From: Botryllus schlosseri
Taxonomy: Eukaryota
NCBI GenBank assembly: GCA_051294905.1
Contig: CM119373.1
Location: 622,001 to 686,000, forward strand
DNA length: 64,000 nucleotides
Direction of reading: 5' to 3'
Of this stretch, positions 37,209 through 50,476 are shown in pieces (the first letter of the stretch is position 1; each line of letters starts with the position of its first letter). The notes beneath the pieces were generated by a model. It searched no databases. It worked only from the letters and a program-made list of their open reading frames with translations, and was not told the origin of the DNA. The position numbers and the translations under genes are program-made.

Positions 37209-38115
37209 CTGAAAGCAACAAAGTCAACAATATACTTGAAAATCTGTCCCTATCAAAGGTAGGGACGACAGAATTTTGATTTCCTAAAATCCTAAGGTGG
37301 GTTTGCCAATCAATTATTATTATCAGATGGTCGTCAACTTGTAAGCTCCATGAAACGCAAGTCGTGTCAAACCCTTTCTAATCGGCCGGCCTACTGACCA
37401 AAATTTTACTGCATCCACAAAAAAGACGATAAAATGTCATCCATATGGTTTAAATCGACGCCCAATATATTGCCGTAAACCTTAAGTAGCCGCCGAGCGG
37501 TCTAAGATACTCCTACGGCTCAGACGCCAGAGGGAATAGCGGTGTGCGATGAAATGTTCTCGATTTCTTGAAAATAAAATACAATTTTGTTCTTCTATAT
37601 CTTCTGACGTCATACTTAGGCCCTCTCTTGGTATATGACCACCTGATTGCGTTTCGCATGAATCTCTACGTTCCAACGAGACATTACACAATACTATATC
37701 GCTTCATAGCCCAGCGCTACGATCTTGGAAAGGTAGACATGATAAGCACGGATCACGCGGCCGCCGACGATGAGTAGGCCTAATCGATTACGTAATCGCG
37801 TAATCTCGTGGAAGGCAATTCACTTCCAATTCTACATAACATAGTAACTATTTTATATATCTCCATGCTATTGAAGTGGCGTAAACCCCAGTGGCTTGTT
37901 ATATGTAACTTGCAACTGCATAACGAATTCGTAAGTATACACATATTGGCTTATTCGACACTGCCCAGTGCCCATATACGCTCGAGAAGTCATTTCATGT
38001 GATACATTATTGCTTTATTTCACATCAATTTGAACTGTATTCTACACGGCTAGTGTTCCATGTATGATCAACAGTAGTCATAGAAGCCAACAGTAACTTC
38101 GTGTGCCATCTAAAC

Positions 38116-41100
38116 CAGTGATTCCCAAGTGCGGCCCCCAGATAGCCTTCTTGCGGCCCCCAAATTATATTAAGAAATCGATTTATGACAAAAAATAAAA
38201 TTTATATTTATCAAATATTGTTGCTTGGCCTGGCCTCTGTAGTTTTTAATTATAGAATTACAGGATAGTGGTGAGTATAGAGACTGCTAACGTTATATCA
38301 TTGCTGTTTCAATGCAATGTGCCCTAACTTTCCAGTTGAACGGGCAGTAGCTATAGATATAAATAGGTATTGATAACTTTCAAAACCGGAGGAAAATCCT
38401 GAAAAAAAAGTAAATTTTTCCCACTTCGTGGTCGGTTGACTAAAAATGAAAAAGAAGCTCAACTCCCGGAAAATACAGTTTTTATTTCACATTAACAGGT
38501 GGTTGACTGAAAAAAAGGTCACCTTTCCGGTCCAGCTCCCGAAATAGTCGCCGTAGCGTTCCCACAGTGCTGACTTAATGTATATCAATCGAATTTCCCC
38601 CTATATGTAACCAAAATCCTCAAAAAAGAAGACAAAATCTCAAAAAAGAAGACATTTGGGCGTTCTCCGAGGACACTTTAAAAAAAATCGAAAAAGAGGA
38701 CAAATCATCTTAGGACGTATGGTAACCCTATGATAACTAGATGTGCAACACGTGACTCGCGGTTGAATACGCCGAAATGCATACTGCTTAACCGGCTAAA
38801 AGCAGCCTGATTAGTGGTCCTATAGTCAGGGCCGTAGCTGTCGCACCCAAAACCCCCCAATTGAGGGGGGCCGAGCTCGAAGGGGGCACAAAATTATTTC
38901 GTGAGTTAGCATAAATATAGAGTATTTTTTGAAAATTTATGTTATGATTATGTGGATAATCCAAGAATTATCATTGAAAAACTCAAATAACTCCGCTTCT
39001 ACTGGTTGGAATCAGGGATATATAGAACTCCGGGATGGCTGACTTCATTTTGGCCATTACCTAAGTAGGTCCAGAAAGTTACCTGCAATCTGCCTCGAAA
39101 TATCCACTTTTCTGCAAGCTAGCAATACAGCTGTTTTTAGAATAACGATCCTCAACCTTTTGCGGAATAGTTAGTTAAGCTAGACATTCTTCCATTATCA
39201 CAACCTTACTGCTGTATAGCCAACCTAGTAAAGTTCAACACTGCTGTATAGCCAACCAAGTAAACTATCACAACTCTGAATTTCAGTAAATCATGAATGT
39301 GTTTAATTTCCACACATCATATAATCTGCATCAGGCCATAAATAACAGAGTGAATAACGAATAATATCAGCGTCTTCTACCTATTTACAAGCCATTGTCG
39401 GAAACCTTGCAGCTGGGATGGGGGGGGGGGGTAATAGGATTGATTAAATCAACCGTTTCAATTCGCGTTAACCGACAATTACCATGGAGTATAGGGTTGC
39501 ATTTAAAACAAACATATTCAAAACCAGGCCCTTGTATAAAATATACTTTTTTTAAGCCATGACGTCAAGAATATTCAATAGTGACGTCATATTGGATTGA
39601 CATTGACAATTGCAAATATAGTGTAAATATAGCTCCTTTGACGAAATATCTGTGCTATTGCCGTTGAACCGACTATTTTGAGGGTTCCAGCCATCCCATA
39701 TAGATATTAGTCGGCTATATCGGGTGGTAATCGTCCGTAGGCTCATATAACACGTATTTTAGAAAGTATTTACACAATTATGGCATAATTTTACAACGTT
39801 GGAAGAATTTTTTTTAAAAGGCCTTTGTTTAAAACACTGTTTAAAGCATGTTTTAAACATAGTATTTCAAACACCGTTTATTTTAAATGCACCCCTGCCA
39901 TGGAGCATTTCCAATAACAAAAAGATAGCACGGCCTGTAAGGACTCGAAATTGTGATAGCAGCATTGTCAGCTTCTATGTCACTCAATGAAAGTTGATCA
40001 AGAAATCAACACACCATTGATACTTCTCTTCAGGTTCCAATGTAGCCTCGGGTAGAAGTTTGGTACATATCATTATCAATTCAAGAAGCATTCGGTAGAC
40101 CCAGTTGTTGAATTCAGCTGATATTTTGTTCACCGAGAAATAGTTTCATGACCGCAGTGAAGAAATTGCCACCATGGCTTAACGGTACATCACGAATGGG
40201 CCTCCTGAAGCATTTCATGCCATTTATCAGTTGAGAAATATTCAGTATCATTGTCTTGCAGATTTTCCGATAGAGCGATAGATGATTCCATGTAAAAAAA
40301 TCATCTCGGTGAGGAGGCACGAGATCCAAATATTCAAATCGTGGCCATCTTTGCCAAGATTTCAATGGAATGTGTCCAGTATAATATATCAGGATATCCA
40401 CTGTTGACGTGATGCAAATGCTGGAACATCGCGTTTGTTTTTCCGGAATCTGCAACAACAATAAACAAATGATGTATTTAGAGACACAAATTAACCTTAA
40501 GAATATATATAGATGTATGCAGAGTTGGTCAGTAGTGAAGAACTTCTACTTCATTGCAGTACTCAAGTAGTTGTTGCCTATTTTCGAAGATACATCTTGT
40601 AATTCTGAAGCAGCCATCTCCAAACTTGAATACCTTGCAGGCATTTCACTTTACAGCTACTTAAGGAAGTTTAAATACCAGTACGCTCGGGAATACGACT
40701 GTTACTTGAGTAGCAATGCAGACTACTTTAACCACATCAAGATTAATGTAAATCGCTCATGTAATAACGTATCACTAGAATCAGCCAAACTTACCTTGGG
40801 CCGACTGAGGAGAGGTCCATGCGTTATTGCAACGATTTGACTAAACCTTGCAAATTGAAAGCAATCTTCAGAGTTTTCTCTTCCTCCATCGTACAGGCCT
40901 ATAGCCTATAGGCTATAAGTGTTTATATGGTAAAGACAGGCCGTATCTCAGGGTCGTCTCGTGTCCTGACGATTGTGTTGGCTTATCCATTCAAGGGAGT
41001 GGGCATCTTCATGGCCTCAGTGAGAGCAAATGGTCAACAAATGTTGTGGCCATATACTGGGAGTCAGCCATTGGTAGTTCACAACAGTGCACTTCTGTTG

Positions 41101-43292
41101 AAGTATAATTCCAGTACTGTAGCATTGAGGTGCCGCTCATTAACAAACATATGCCTGCCTTGTTTTACCAGACATGTTACTGATGAATAGTATCTGTAAC
41201 AAGAGATTGGATTCAACAGTTGCTATGGACACTTACACAACTGCAAAGACCTTGACGCGTTGTGTTGTGTTTGTATTAGATTCAAATGTTTGGTTATTCT
41301 CAATTGAAATTCCTCTTGAATCTTGCACACCGGTGGTGTACTCAGTGGCTCCAATTCTTACTAGGAATAATCCAGCAATGATCTGGAATACCGGTAAGCC
41401 TGCAATACCAGCAGCCAGCACTATACCTGCATATTCACATATTAATCTATTGTACAAGATCTTAACTGACAAAGTCCCTCCTAACGGTCGCCTTCATAGT
41501 TGACACGGCACAGTGTAAATGTACACTTGTACTTGTGCAATGTACAGCCTTGGATGGTGACATACATTCGCATAACATGCCGGTAAATGAAAAACCTACC
41601 GCAAGGCGTAATCAAAATCATACTGCGGATATCAATGTTAACGTTGGATATTATTCTACATTTTGTTATCTTCTCACGATTATCAGCGCAGCAAATCATG
41701 TTACATAAGATACTACAGAAGCAGAGATATTCCGAAGGCGAGTAAATGGCCGTACCGGTATACCGGTAAATTGCTGCTGAAGGAATAGGGCTAATACCGC
41801 AAAGTTTCAGACTACCTGAACATCTCATAACCTAGTTAACCTCTAGCTTTATATAATAACATAAACATGGATATTATATGCCTCTACCGCTCTCAAAAAC
41901 TTAAAATTACACACAGATGAAGCGGCTGACCGTAACGTGAATCAAAACTGAATGCGCGAATCTGGACCCACTTAGGTAATACCGCGATGACGCAATTGAC
42001 GCAGTCAGCCATCCCGGAGTTCTATATATCCCTGGTTGGAATTGAGTCAAATTTGTTTTGCATCGTCTTCGAAGACAGCGCAACGATTTCATGGGGTTAA
42101 CAGAAAAGTCTGACAAAAAAATTTTTTTTGCATCTTTGGGTAAATTCAAAATTTTCAAACTGTACGAAATCAGCGATTATTGGTTGGAATGAATTAAAAT
42201 TTGGTGTGCGTCGTTTTTTAAGGCAACCTAACGATTTAATCATGTAATCAGCAAGATTCAGAAAAAAAGCTATTTTTGAACAGCCCTATTGTCCATATAG
42301 GCGCCTAAATGACTGGCGCCGAATGTTCTTGTCTTGGCAATCTGAACCTCACAAGACAAATACCGTCCCGCAGGAAAGAAAATTATATGCCAGTGAAGAA
42401 ATACCAATCTGAAATCGTGTGATCTTTCAGTTTAGTAGGTTTGGGCCATTCTACATTTTTTGATATAGCAGACAAAAGGTCACGAAATAACATCATGTAA
42501 AGAAGTCATACCTAGGGGTCCGCCCGCCCGAAGATGTTTAATTTTACGGAGTCTGCAGTTTCAAAGACACTTCTCACTCAGCTCTACCGGTAAATCTGAT
42601 TACGTGGGCAAAGAGGACAACCATGCAATTCCCGATCTTATTCACCGATTCTATCATGAATTATCGAAATATTCGCGCGTTATGTATGTATAAGGGGTTT
42701 TATGGTGCTCGACTACTAAGGTCTTGTGCACCAGGCCTGGGGGAGCTAATAGTTGAATAGTTGAATAGTTGAATCGCGCGTTAATTTCGTGGCAAAAGCG
42801 AACAACGTGATGCGGGGTCAGTTTATCACCCTATGGGAGCCTGTGGTCCTGACGAAGTGCTGTTACGTTCCTGTCAACGGGTATACCCCCGGAGATGTTT
42901 AATTACTATTGAGGGGGCTTATACCTTTTCAAACACACCTCACTCAGCTCTACCGGTAAATCAGTTTACTGGAACAGAGACAGGATGAAAATTGTTAGGA
43001 ATACATGCAATTCCCGATCATATTGACCGATTCAGTCATGAAACTAAAGAAATTTCTCGCGCTTCGCGCGTTTAGGTCATGAAAGCTGATTCACTCAACG
43101 GACACCCAATGCAGCAGATAAGTAGCGGTAAACAGTGTACAGTTTTGAAATCTCGTCAGGGCAATAAAACTACTCCGAAATAGCAACGATGACTGTTCGG
43201 GTCCGTTTCGTAGCCGTAGTATTCGTGCGGCCCCGACCGTACTCTGAAATTCTAAATTTGGCCCTCACACCGAAAAAGTTTGGGAACCATTG
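38116..43292. mobile_element. hAT element with nested insertions
   Basis: Ends cagtgattcccaa/ttgggaaccattg; perfect TSD atctaaac (38108-38115, 43293-43300). Confidence 0.85.
39013..42034. mobile_element. 3.0-kb TIR element, 32-bp perfect TIR, 8-bp TSD; superfamily uncertain
   Basis: TIR cagggatatatagaactccgggatggctgact; TSD gttggaat (39005-39012, 42035-42042); empty sites in the same host repeat at ~4880 and ~59018. Confidence 0.9.
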
Positions 43293-43838
43293 ATCTAAAC
43301 CGATATATAACTGCCTCTATATGATGTTGTTATTACAGGCTCTGGTACCAAAATAGCCCAACTCTCACGCTTATTCGTGTAGTGTTAGGGCTGGTGTCGG
43401 CTTTGTTATACAATACTAAACCCCATGATAGGGATATTGATGAATATGCCAGGATAATGGCCAACCTATATGTACAATTTGCAATTGCCTGAAGCAATTG
43501 TACATCTGTTTGAAGCCGCAACGAGTCGGATGAACTTACGCAGCCATGATTTTCACGTAATAAGCTATTGCTTTCTTTCACGTCGATTTGAAACATCTCT
43601 ACGTGCTAATCTTCGATATAAGGACTTTCATTGAATAGTATGAACAACAACAAGTCATAGAAGATAACTGTAATTGGTTATATGACGTCTAGAACGGAAG
43701 ATACAATGCATTATATTCCAGGCGTTCATTCACGCGAACATCATTACAAATTCAATTTTGCGGGAAACGTTTTTGCGTGTTCAATCTGCATTTCAAGCAA
43801 GATATACATTGATATAATAGGTTGTACATGGTCTTATG

Positions 43839-44824
43839 CAGGGGTCGCCAACTCGAAACGGGCCGCGGGCCACTTTTCAAATTTCGTAGAGGCCGCGGGC
43901 CGCATGAATTCGATATCAATGTAAAATAGGCAGCCACGTTCTAAAACTCTATTTTAGTACATCGGTGAGCTACCTAACATAGGCGATGGGCATATTGACC
44001 ACAAAAGAAATAATATTTTATTAAATGAATACAAATATACAACCAAAAACCATAATCATCAATTTTATTTTATTTTGAACTGTGAGCTGTGTACGATACC
44101 TAGGAACGCTTTTCAGCGACTCAGGAATCGATATTGGGACCGGCGAGATACGTTACTAGCTGAAAGACCATCTCCACTTAAAGCTTGATCTTATGGGGAA
44201 GCCCTAATCCAGTCGTTCTCAAACTTCTTTTAGACATGCCCCCTTTATGATCCTGAAAAATCGTCATGTCACAAAATGCAACCAGAATGCTAGCAATCCC
44301 AACGGCTAGTTTGATGGCATGGAAGGTTTTGGCTGTTGATGAGAGCATTCTATAAGATGAATTCCGTACTATACATAGAGCAATAACTATGAATATGAGG
44401 TAAATCGCACGGAGCACGAATATTTTTTCATATGAGCGCATCTCCGCCTCCCCATTCAGATGCTTTCGCGCTCCCCAGTTTGGGAACCACTGCCCTAAGT
44501 CATTTCTAAGCGTCTCGTTCTTGGCAGTGTTTTTGAGCCATTGCAAGTCAAGGCAATATGCCCATTCATATCAGCAGATTACCCCGCGATGGAATGCTGT
44601 TGCCATCACCACAACGGTTTTAGCTAGTGACGAATAGTGATGTTGGGCACAGGAGAATAGCTTGTTTTGAAACAGCAACAACAACATGTTGAAACTGTAG
44701 TCAATTTCAGCATTTGAAATTGGATTTCTTAGCTTTCTTCCGAAATCTCAGATCAGGTCGCGGGCCGCAGAATATGACTTGGCGGGCCGCATGCGGCCCG
44801 CGGGCCGCGTGTTGGTGACCCCTG
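43839..44824. mobile_element. hAT MITE with nested MITE 44210-44492
   Basis: Ends caggggtcgccaac/gttggtgacccctg; TSD gtcttatg. Confidence 0.9.
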
Positions 44825-44846
44825 GTCTTATGTATACGTATTCATC

Positions 44847-45943
44847 ATGGGCGATTTTTTTTTTGACATGTCAAAAAAGTCAAAATTAGGTCAAAATTGT
44901 AGCGTTAGGTCAAAATTTGTCAAAATTGTTTACAAAATCAAACATTTTTTGACCCCTACATTTCGTTTGTATCGTAGATTTTGCGCTGTCTGTGAACTTA
45001 TCATTTTATAATTTACAGCTTGTAGCCTACTTTATAGGCCTACCGCTGTAAACGGCCCATCGTCTGCTCATTGTGAATCATAAACGGTCAAATGAAACAA
45101 ATAGTGACATGGTTTTATGGTCAACGTACCGCAATATCCTAACTGAAGCAAGATTGCTTGGGCATTGCATGGTTCTTACATCAAGAAGCGCAAGCTAAAA
45201 AATTGTGATATAGACAACATTGTCAGAATGAAGCAACACGGTGCATCACCAGCAAGCAGTGTGCACACAACTTCAGTGTTGTCAGCTAACAACTGCTGCT
45301 GTTGAACGCTCTTTCTCCATTCTTGGCAAGCTACTTAGTAAGAACAGACACTTTCTACCCGAGATAGCGCATTGGTATAATCCGCGGCTGCAACACCAAT
45401 TGGTGTGGGTTCGATTCCGACCGAGGTCGACTTCATAATTCCGATAGCTAAGTGTTGGAGGTTTACCTAGGCTCCTCCTCGCCACATCATCCGCGTAAGC
45501 GGTGTCTTACAAAAAAGCCTAGAGGTAGGCCGTGCTATATGTTGGCAGTTACGGAAAATAATGAAAAATATCGGCCTGGTGTAAATGACCATAGTAGTTG
45601 ACAAACACCATGAATACCACAAATCAAACACTTCCTACCCGAGAATGTAGGAAAGTATCTTTCGTTGTACTACAACAAATTTTAATTATTCCACCATAAT
45701 ACGTAATGTAACTACTGCAATTCTTCATAGGGCCAGATTTCGTTAAAATACTAGCTTTTTCAGGTAAAAATTTGTCAGTTTTTAGCCAAAAACGTTCTTG
45801 CAGGCCAATCTACTTTGTAAAGACAGACAGTTCCAACCAGAAATGAAGATAAGTAGTACAATTTTAACATTATGTGCGAAAACACCTAATTTGCATACGT
45901 GAGGTCAAAATTTAGATTTTTTAGGTCAAAAAAAATCGCCCTA
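44847..45943 (+). mobile_element. hAT relic with dimerisation-domain fragment interrupted by a SINE
   Basis: Ends gggcgattttt/aaaaatcgcccta; peptide TTAAVERSFSILGKLLSKNRHFLPE|NVGKYLSLYYN continues across the SINE. Confidence 0.75.
45365..45627 (+). mobile_element. tRNA-derived SINE, near full length
   Basis: A-box tagcgcattgg, B-box ggttcgattcc; 17-bp TSD acact(t/c)tctacccgaga-like (45348-45364, 45628-45644, one mismatch). Confidence 0.9.
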
Positions 45944-46127
45944 ATCATAACTAACCATATAAATCGATTGTTACCGTTTAGAAAGTAATGCTGGTCGAGC
46001 TATCTTAGAATACGTAACGACTCCTCCGTGTTAAACAATCGCGGACCAGGTTTGCCAATCAATGATTATTATCAGTCGGTCGTCACCCTGTAAGCTCCAT
46101 AAAACGCAAGTCGTGTCATTAACTTAC

Positions 46128-46223
46128 ATCTTTCATCCTTAGGCTTCGAAGTCGTGAGGTAGTCCTCGGTTGCGGTCGTAGAACGTTCATAGGCTTGAGT
46201 TGAATTTGACGCATTCCCTCCAT
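46128..46223 (-). CDS. Thr-rich 96-nt phase-1 exon, copy B
   Basis: Paralogue of 9428-9529 with an in-frame 6-nt deletion; ag/gtaagt sites; open. Confidence 0.75.
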
Positions 46224-46297
46224 CTGTGATGTGTCAATTGGTACGATTTTATCATAAATAATATCGTATGATAATCTCAAATTATGTTAATAATTAC

Positions 46298-46396
46298 CGT
46301 TATCGTAGGGCTTCGAAGTCGTGACGTCATTGTTACTTTTGGTCGTAGGGGTTTCAATGGAATACGTTGTTTTGGCGCCTGATTGTTGCGATCCAT
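46298..46396 (-). CDS. Thr-rich 99-nt phase-1 exon, copy B
   Basis: Paralogue of 9604-9702; canonical gtaatt donor; open. Confidence 0.75.
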
Positions 46397-49305
46397 CTAA
46401 TATAAGTGTGTCGGTTAAGATGACTCAGCCTTTATCATATTCGAGTAATGCTTTGGAAATTATTTTCATTATCTACGGACTTGGACATTGCGATACCATA
46501 CTTCGCTGCATTTTCAGTTGATTCGATTGCTAACGTTGCTTTCCAGTACGTGAGGGATTTAGTCATTATTTTCGTGAGTAATCCTAACCATGATTATGGC
46601 ATCACGTTTTGTGGCCATGCTGAGGGTGAAACTCGGAACTACTGTTAATATTCGGAGCGTTGGATCAAATGTTTAGGAAGACATAATATGCCCAATCGAG
46701 GTTTAAAGTTTTCGCGGTGGCAAACACGATCGAAAGTATATATATGCGCTCTGTGTAATCGACGATGTGTCTTTAGTAAAATTGTTGTTACATAATAAGA
46801 GCTGGATAATAAGAAAATTTTCAGCCGTTCCAAGTTACATCAGAATTCAAATGATAGCTGAACATTTTTCAAATTAGATTAGAATTAAAGCTACACATTT
46901 TTTTTTAGACTTCATACTCATAAGTATGAGAATAGCAAATGTATGTGGAGCAAGCAGGTATTGTTTGGCAATAAACAGTTTTCCTGCAGCATTATTGGGG
47001 AAGCAGTGATTAGATTAGAATTAAATTTTGTGAGCGAAGTAGCAGTTCACAAATTAGATTATAATTAGATTACGGGAATTCCCCTCTAATTAGCCTAATT
47101 AGACAACTAGAATTATCTGGTTGCCGCATTATCACATTTCAAGGACAAGAGGACCGTGCCGATATCGGTGACCAAATCATCGTCACTTTTAATTTCATTT
47201 CTCAGACATGTACCTGAGTTGCGTCTCCATCTACATGTCGCAGACTCGCAGTACCTGCGTACTCGCACTTTTAAAATCAAGTTGTGAATCGGATTTGATG
47301 GTGACAAACCAATCACTTTAGAATCTGGCGGCTTATTCAAGGAAAACTAAAATCTAATTTAGCGCAATATTACCTGACTGTGTGACTTCAACACGTTCTT
47401 TTTCCGCCCGTCTTTTCAAGTCGCTCATAATGGTTTCGAGAGATGTGCCGTCCTGCAAAATACGCAACATATTCATTATTCACGGATATGCGCGTGAAAT
47501 ACGCTATAGTTGGCATACGGCACAATGCATAAATGTAGCCTAGTGTTGTTATGATCGTGAATTTACGGTGGTATCGTTTCACTCTGATTTGTGTATAGGA
47601 CTAGAATGAGTGCCTATCATTATTTCCTGGTGTGCTTTGTTTTGTATTAATACAACGTGAATTGTGTTATACTGCCTTTGTTTATCTACACTCAGGATAT
47701 TGATTGTATATTGCTCGCATGTATTCAAGTAATCATGTTGCCGATACTTAATACATTAGATCGAGAGTGGCCTGCGGCCGTAGAAGGAAATTTGTGCAGC
47801 CGTCAACATGCAAATTTACTTTACGAATTGACTCTTACGAATTGAGAGATTTTAATTAATCTTGAATTTTTCTTCGCGCTACATGCGATTCTATGTGTAT
47901 TCAATTTTCAATTTTATTGTAGAAGGGCCATGTGCAATCTGAACCCCGCAGTACAGATGCGATCAGCAGAGGAAAATGATACGCCACATATACAAATACG
48001 AACTGGGAATCTTGTATTCCTGCTTATCATGAAAGAAACTCGTTTGTAATGCGTTTGGGCGATTCCAATATCTTTCCGCACAATACCGACAATTCTGATG
48101 CGTGGTCAAGAAATAACAGCAATAAAGTTACTAATAACTGTTGGCCCAACCGAAGATGTATCATCAATTCATCATTATAACTTGCCTAAATTTTCGAACA
48201 CAGTCCCTCCATCAACTCTACGGAATAACCTGATCACAATGGGCTGAGAAAGGATAATATTTAATGGTTGTATGTGATCATTCCGGAGTTCCGCGTGAAT
48301 ATACATGGAATGTTTAACTATAAGGTCCTATATATGGTGTGGACACAAGCAAATCTCACGGCTCAGTCAAATCGGTCGATATCACACTTTCCGTTTAGTA
48401 AAAGGCAATTTGACGGTGATTTTTGACCGGATTGCTGAGCATTAAATTTGATAAAACGGGAATCAATCGAAAGCTACCGCGGCTCTGGAGCAAGCTCACA
48501 CGAGCGTGAGAGTGTGAATGCTCAATCGGCTGCGCAACAATGGCTAATATGCTCCCCTGGTCACAGGCGGCATGGTTGCGTCACAATACCAAACTCCGTT
48601 ACAACGCAACATTCGAGACTGATTTCGGGGACTTCCAGGACCACGAACAGAATGAAATTTATATTTCCGTCACGGGCCCCCGCGGATCCCGCCGAATTTA
48701 CTTCAAATTTAGCTTGATTATCGTGCAACCGTCGTATGTCTCGTGCAAATATTAAGTAATAAACAGCAACAAGATGGTCTTTTTTGTAAATAACATCATA
48801 CTATATGCAGAAATTGGGCAGACTATTATTATTTCAAAGCGAATTCTGCAGCTGTATTTATTGAAATATGTGGCAGTGCATTGAAAATCTGCACGTTCGA
48901 TTTGATATGAACGAGTGCCGAAAATCCATTACCATGAAGATAGGTGGTGGCGAACGACGAACGTAATAATAACCCGTAACGCTTCCGATGACATCTTGGA
49001 GTATGATAGCAACATACATGGCAACTTATCACGTCTAGCCTTGTCATTTCTATCCAGCAGCTCATTTTGAGGTTATTCGGGAATAGTGGTTACATGTAGG
49101 CTATATCAAGAGAGAAAATGGTTTCAATCGCTTTATTCGGGCAGATTACGAAACAAAATTCATAATTCCGATTTCAAACGACTGATTATTCATTTGCTGA
49201 GACTGATAAATCCAAATGCAAACTATTTTGCAAACATTTCTAATTCTGATTGACTTTACTACTCCAACTTTTTTAAACATTCTACAATCCTAACTAAGAT
49301 CTGCT

Positions 49306-50476
49306 TTTTTCCTCATTTATATTAACGACATTGTTAATGCATCTTTATTCCGCACAACGCTATTTGCTGATGATACTCACCTCTTCATAACCTCCAACAC
49401 TGTCGATGATTTGCATGCATCTGTGAATAGGGAACTCCCAAAAGTGTCGAGATGGCTGCAAGCAAACAAACTAAGTTTGAATGCAGATAAGACCGAGACG
49501 CTCGTTTTAAATAATGCCAGTCATAATTTCACTGTGAACATCAATCATAAACAAATCTCAATATGTGACTCAGCAAAATATCTCGGCGTCACCATTGATT
49601 CGAAATTGTCTTGGAAGCAGCATATTGAATGCACAATATCAAAACTAGCTCGGTGTGTGGGAATAATGACCCGTCTCCAATCTTTGGTTTCCAGATCAGT
49701 ACTACGAACCATCTACTTCTCTCTTTTCCACTCGCATCTGCAGTATGGAATCGTAGTATGGGGAAATGCATGTACAACATTTTTGTGCAGAATTCGAACC
49801 CTGCAAAACCGTGCGATACGGCTGATCTCATCTGTACCTTTACGTACCAATTTATCGCCTTACTACCGTAAGCATCGAATTTTGCGAGTTGATGAACTGT
49901 ATCGCTTCGAAGTATCAAAAGTTGTTCACAAATATTTTTCCAATAGTCTGCCTCTTGTGTTTGATGACTTTTTCATACCTGCTAAACATGTCCATTCCCA
50001 TTACACGAGATCTTCGTCTAAAAGAAACGTCTACTTACCCCAACCCAATAGCAACCTAACTAAGAGATCTATCGACTACTCGGGACCTATCATCTGGAAT
50101 GCATTACCATCACATATCCGTAAATTGCCTTATAATAGATTCAAAAAAGCCCTACTTGATCACCTCTTGTCGTTACACTAACACTGTTGCCCTACCTCGC
50201 CCAGACATTGCTTCATTGATCATTTGCTACCATTGTTTAATTTTTTTTCTATTTTTCTTTCTCAACTAAATATTTTTTACAGCCAGACTGTTCTGAGTCA
50301 AGTGTACCTGTTTGATGCTGGTGTGATCAGACTAGATGACCTTCATGGTCTTATCGATCATTCCTATCTAATACCGAATACTGTGCACGCATATTTTCTG
50401 TACCACCATCACTGCCGTTTGTTATGTATTTTGGTTCGATGAAAATAAAGACTCTCTCTCTCTCTCTCTCTCTCTC
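49306..50476 (+). mobile_element. 5'-truncated CR1/L2-group LINE: reverse transcriptase C-terminal part, 3' UTR and (CT)n tail
   Basis: Frame open 49306-50181: FLIYINDI..LFADDT..LSLNADKT..KYLGVTIDSKLSW. aataaa then (ct)n; TSD tctgct; empty site at ~14344. Confidence 0.95.

Larger units (their letters stand above)
37372..45986. mobile_element. Possible piggyBac-like shell enclosing nested elements in the last intron of copy B
   Basis: Left end (aa)ccctttctaatcgg at the position of a ttaa in the paralogous intron; partial right end ccgtttagaaag ~45974-45985. No intact TTAA TSD. Confidence 0.4.

Noticed and set aside
45365..45430. tRNA gene (also tRNA-like heads ~33740-33782, ~52905-52942, ~37485-37510)
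   Set aside because: A/B boxes are present but I could not build a cloverleaf; the 45365 copy continues into a SINE body with a TSD.
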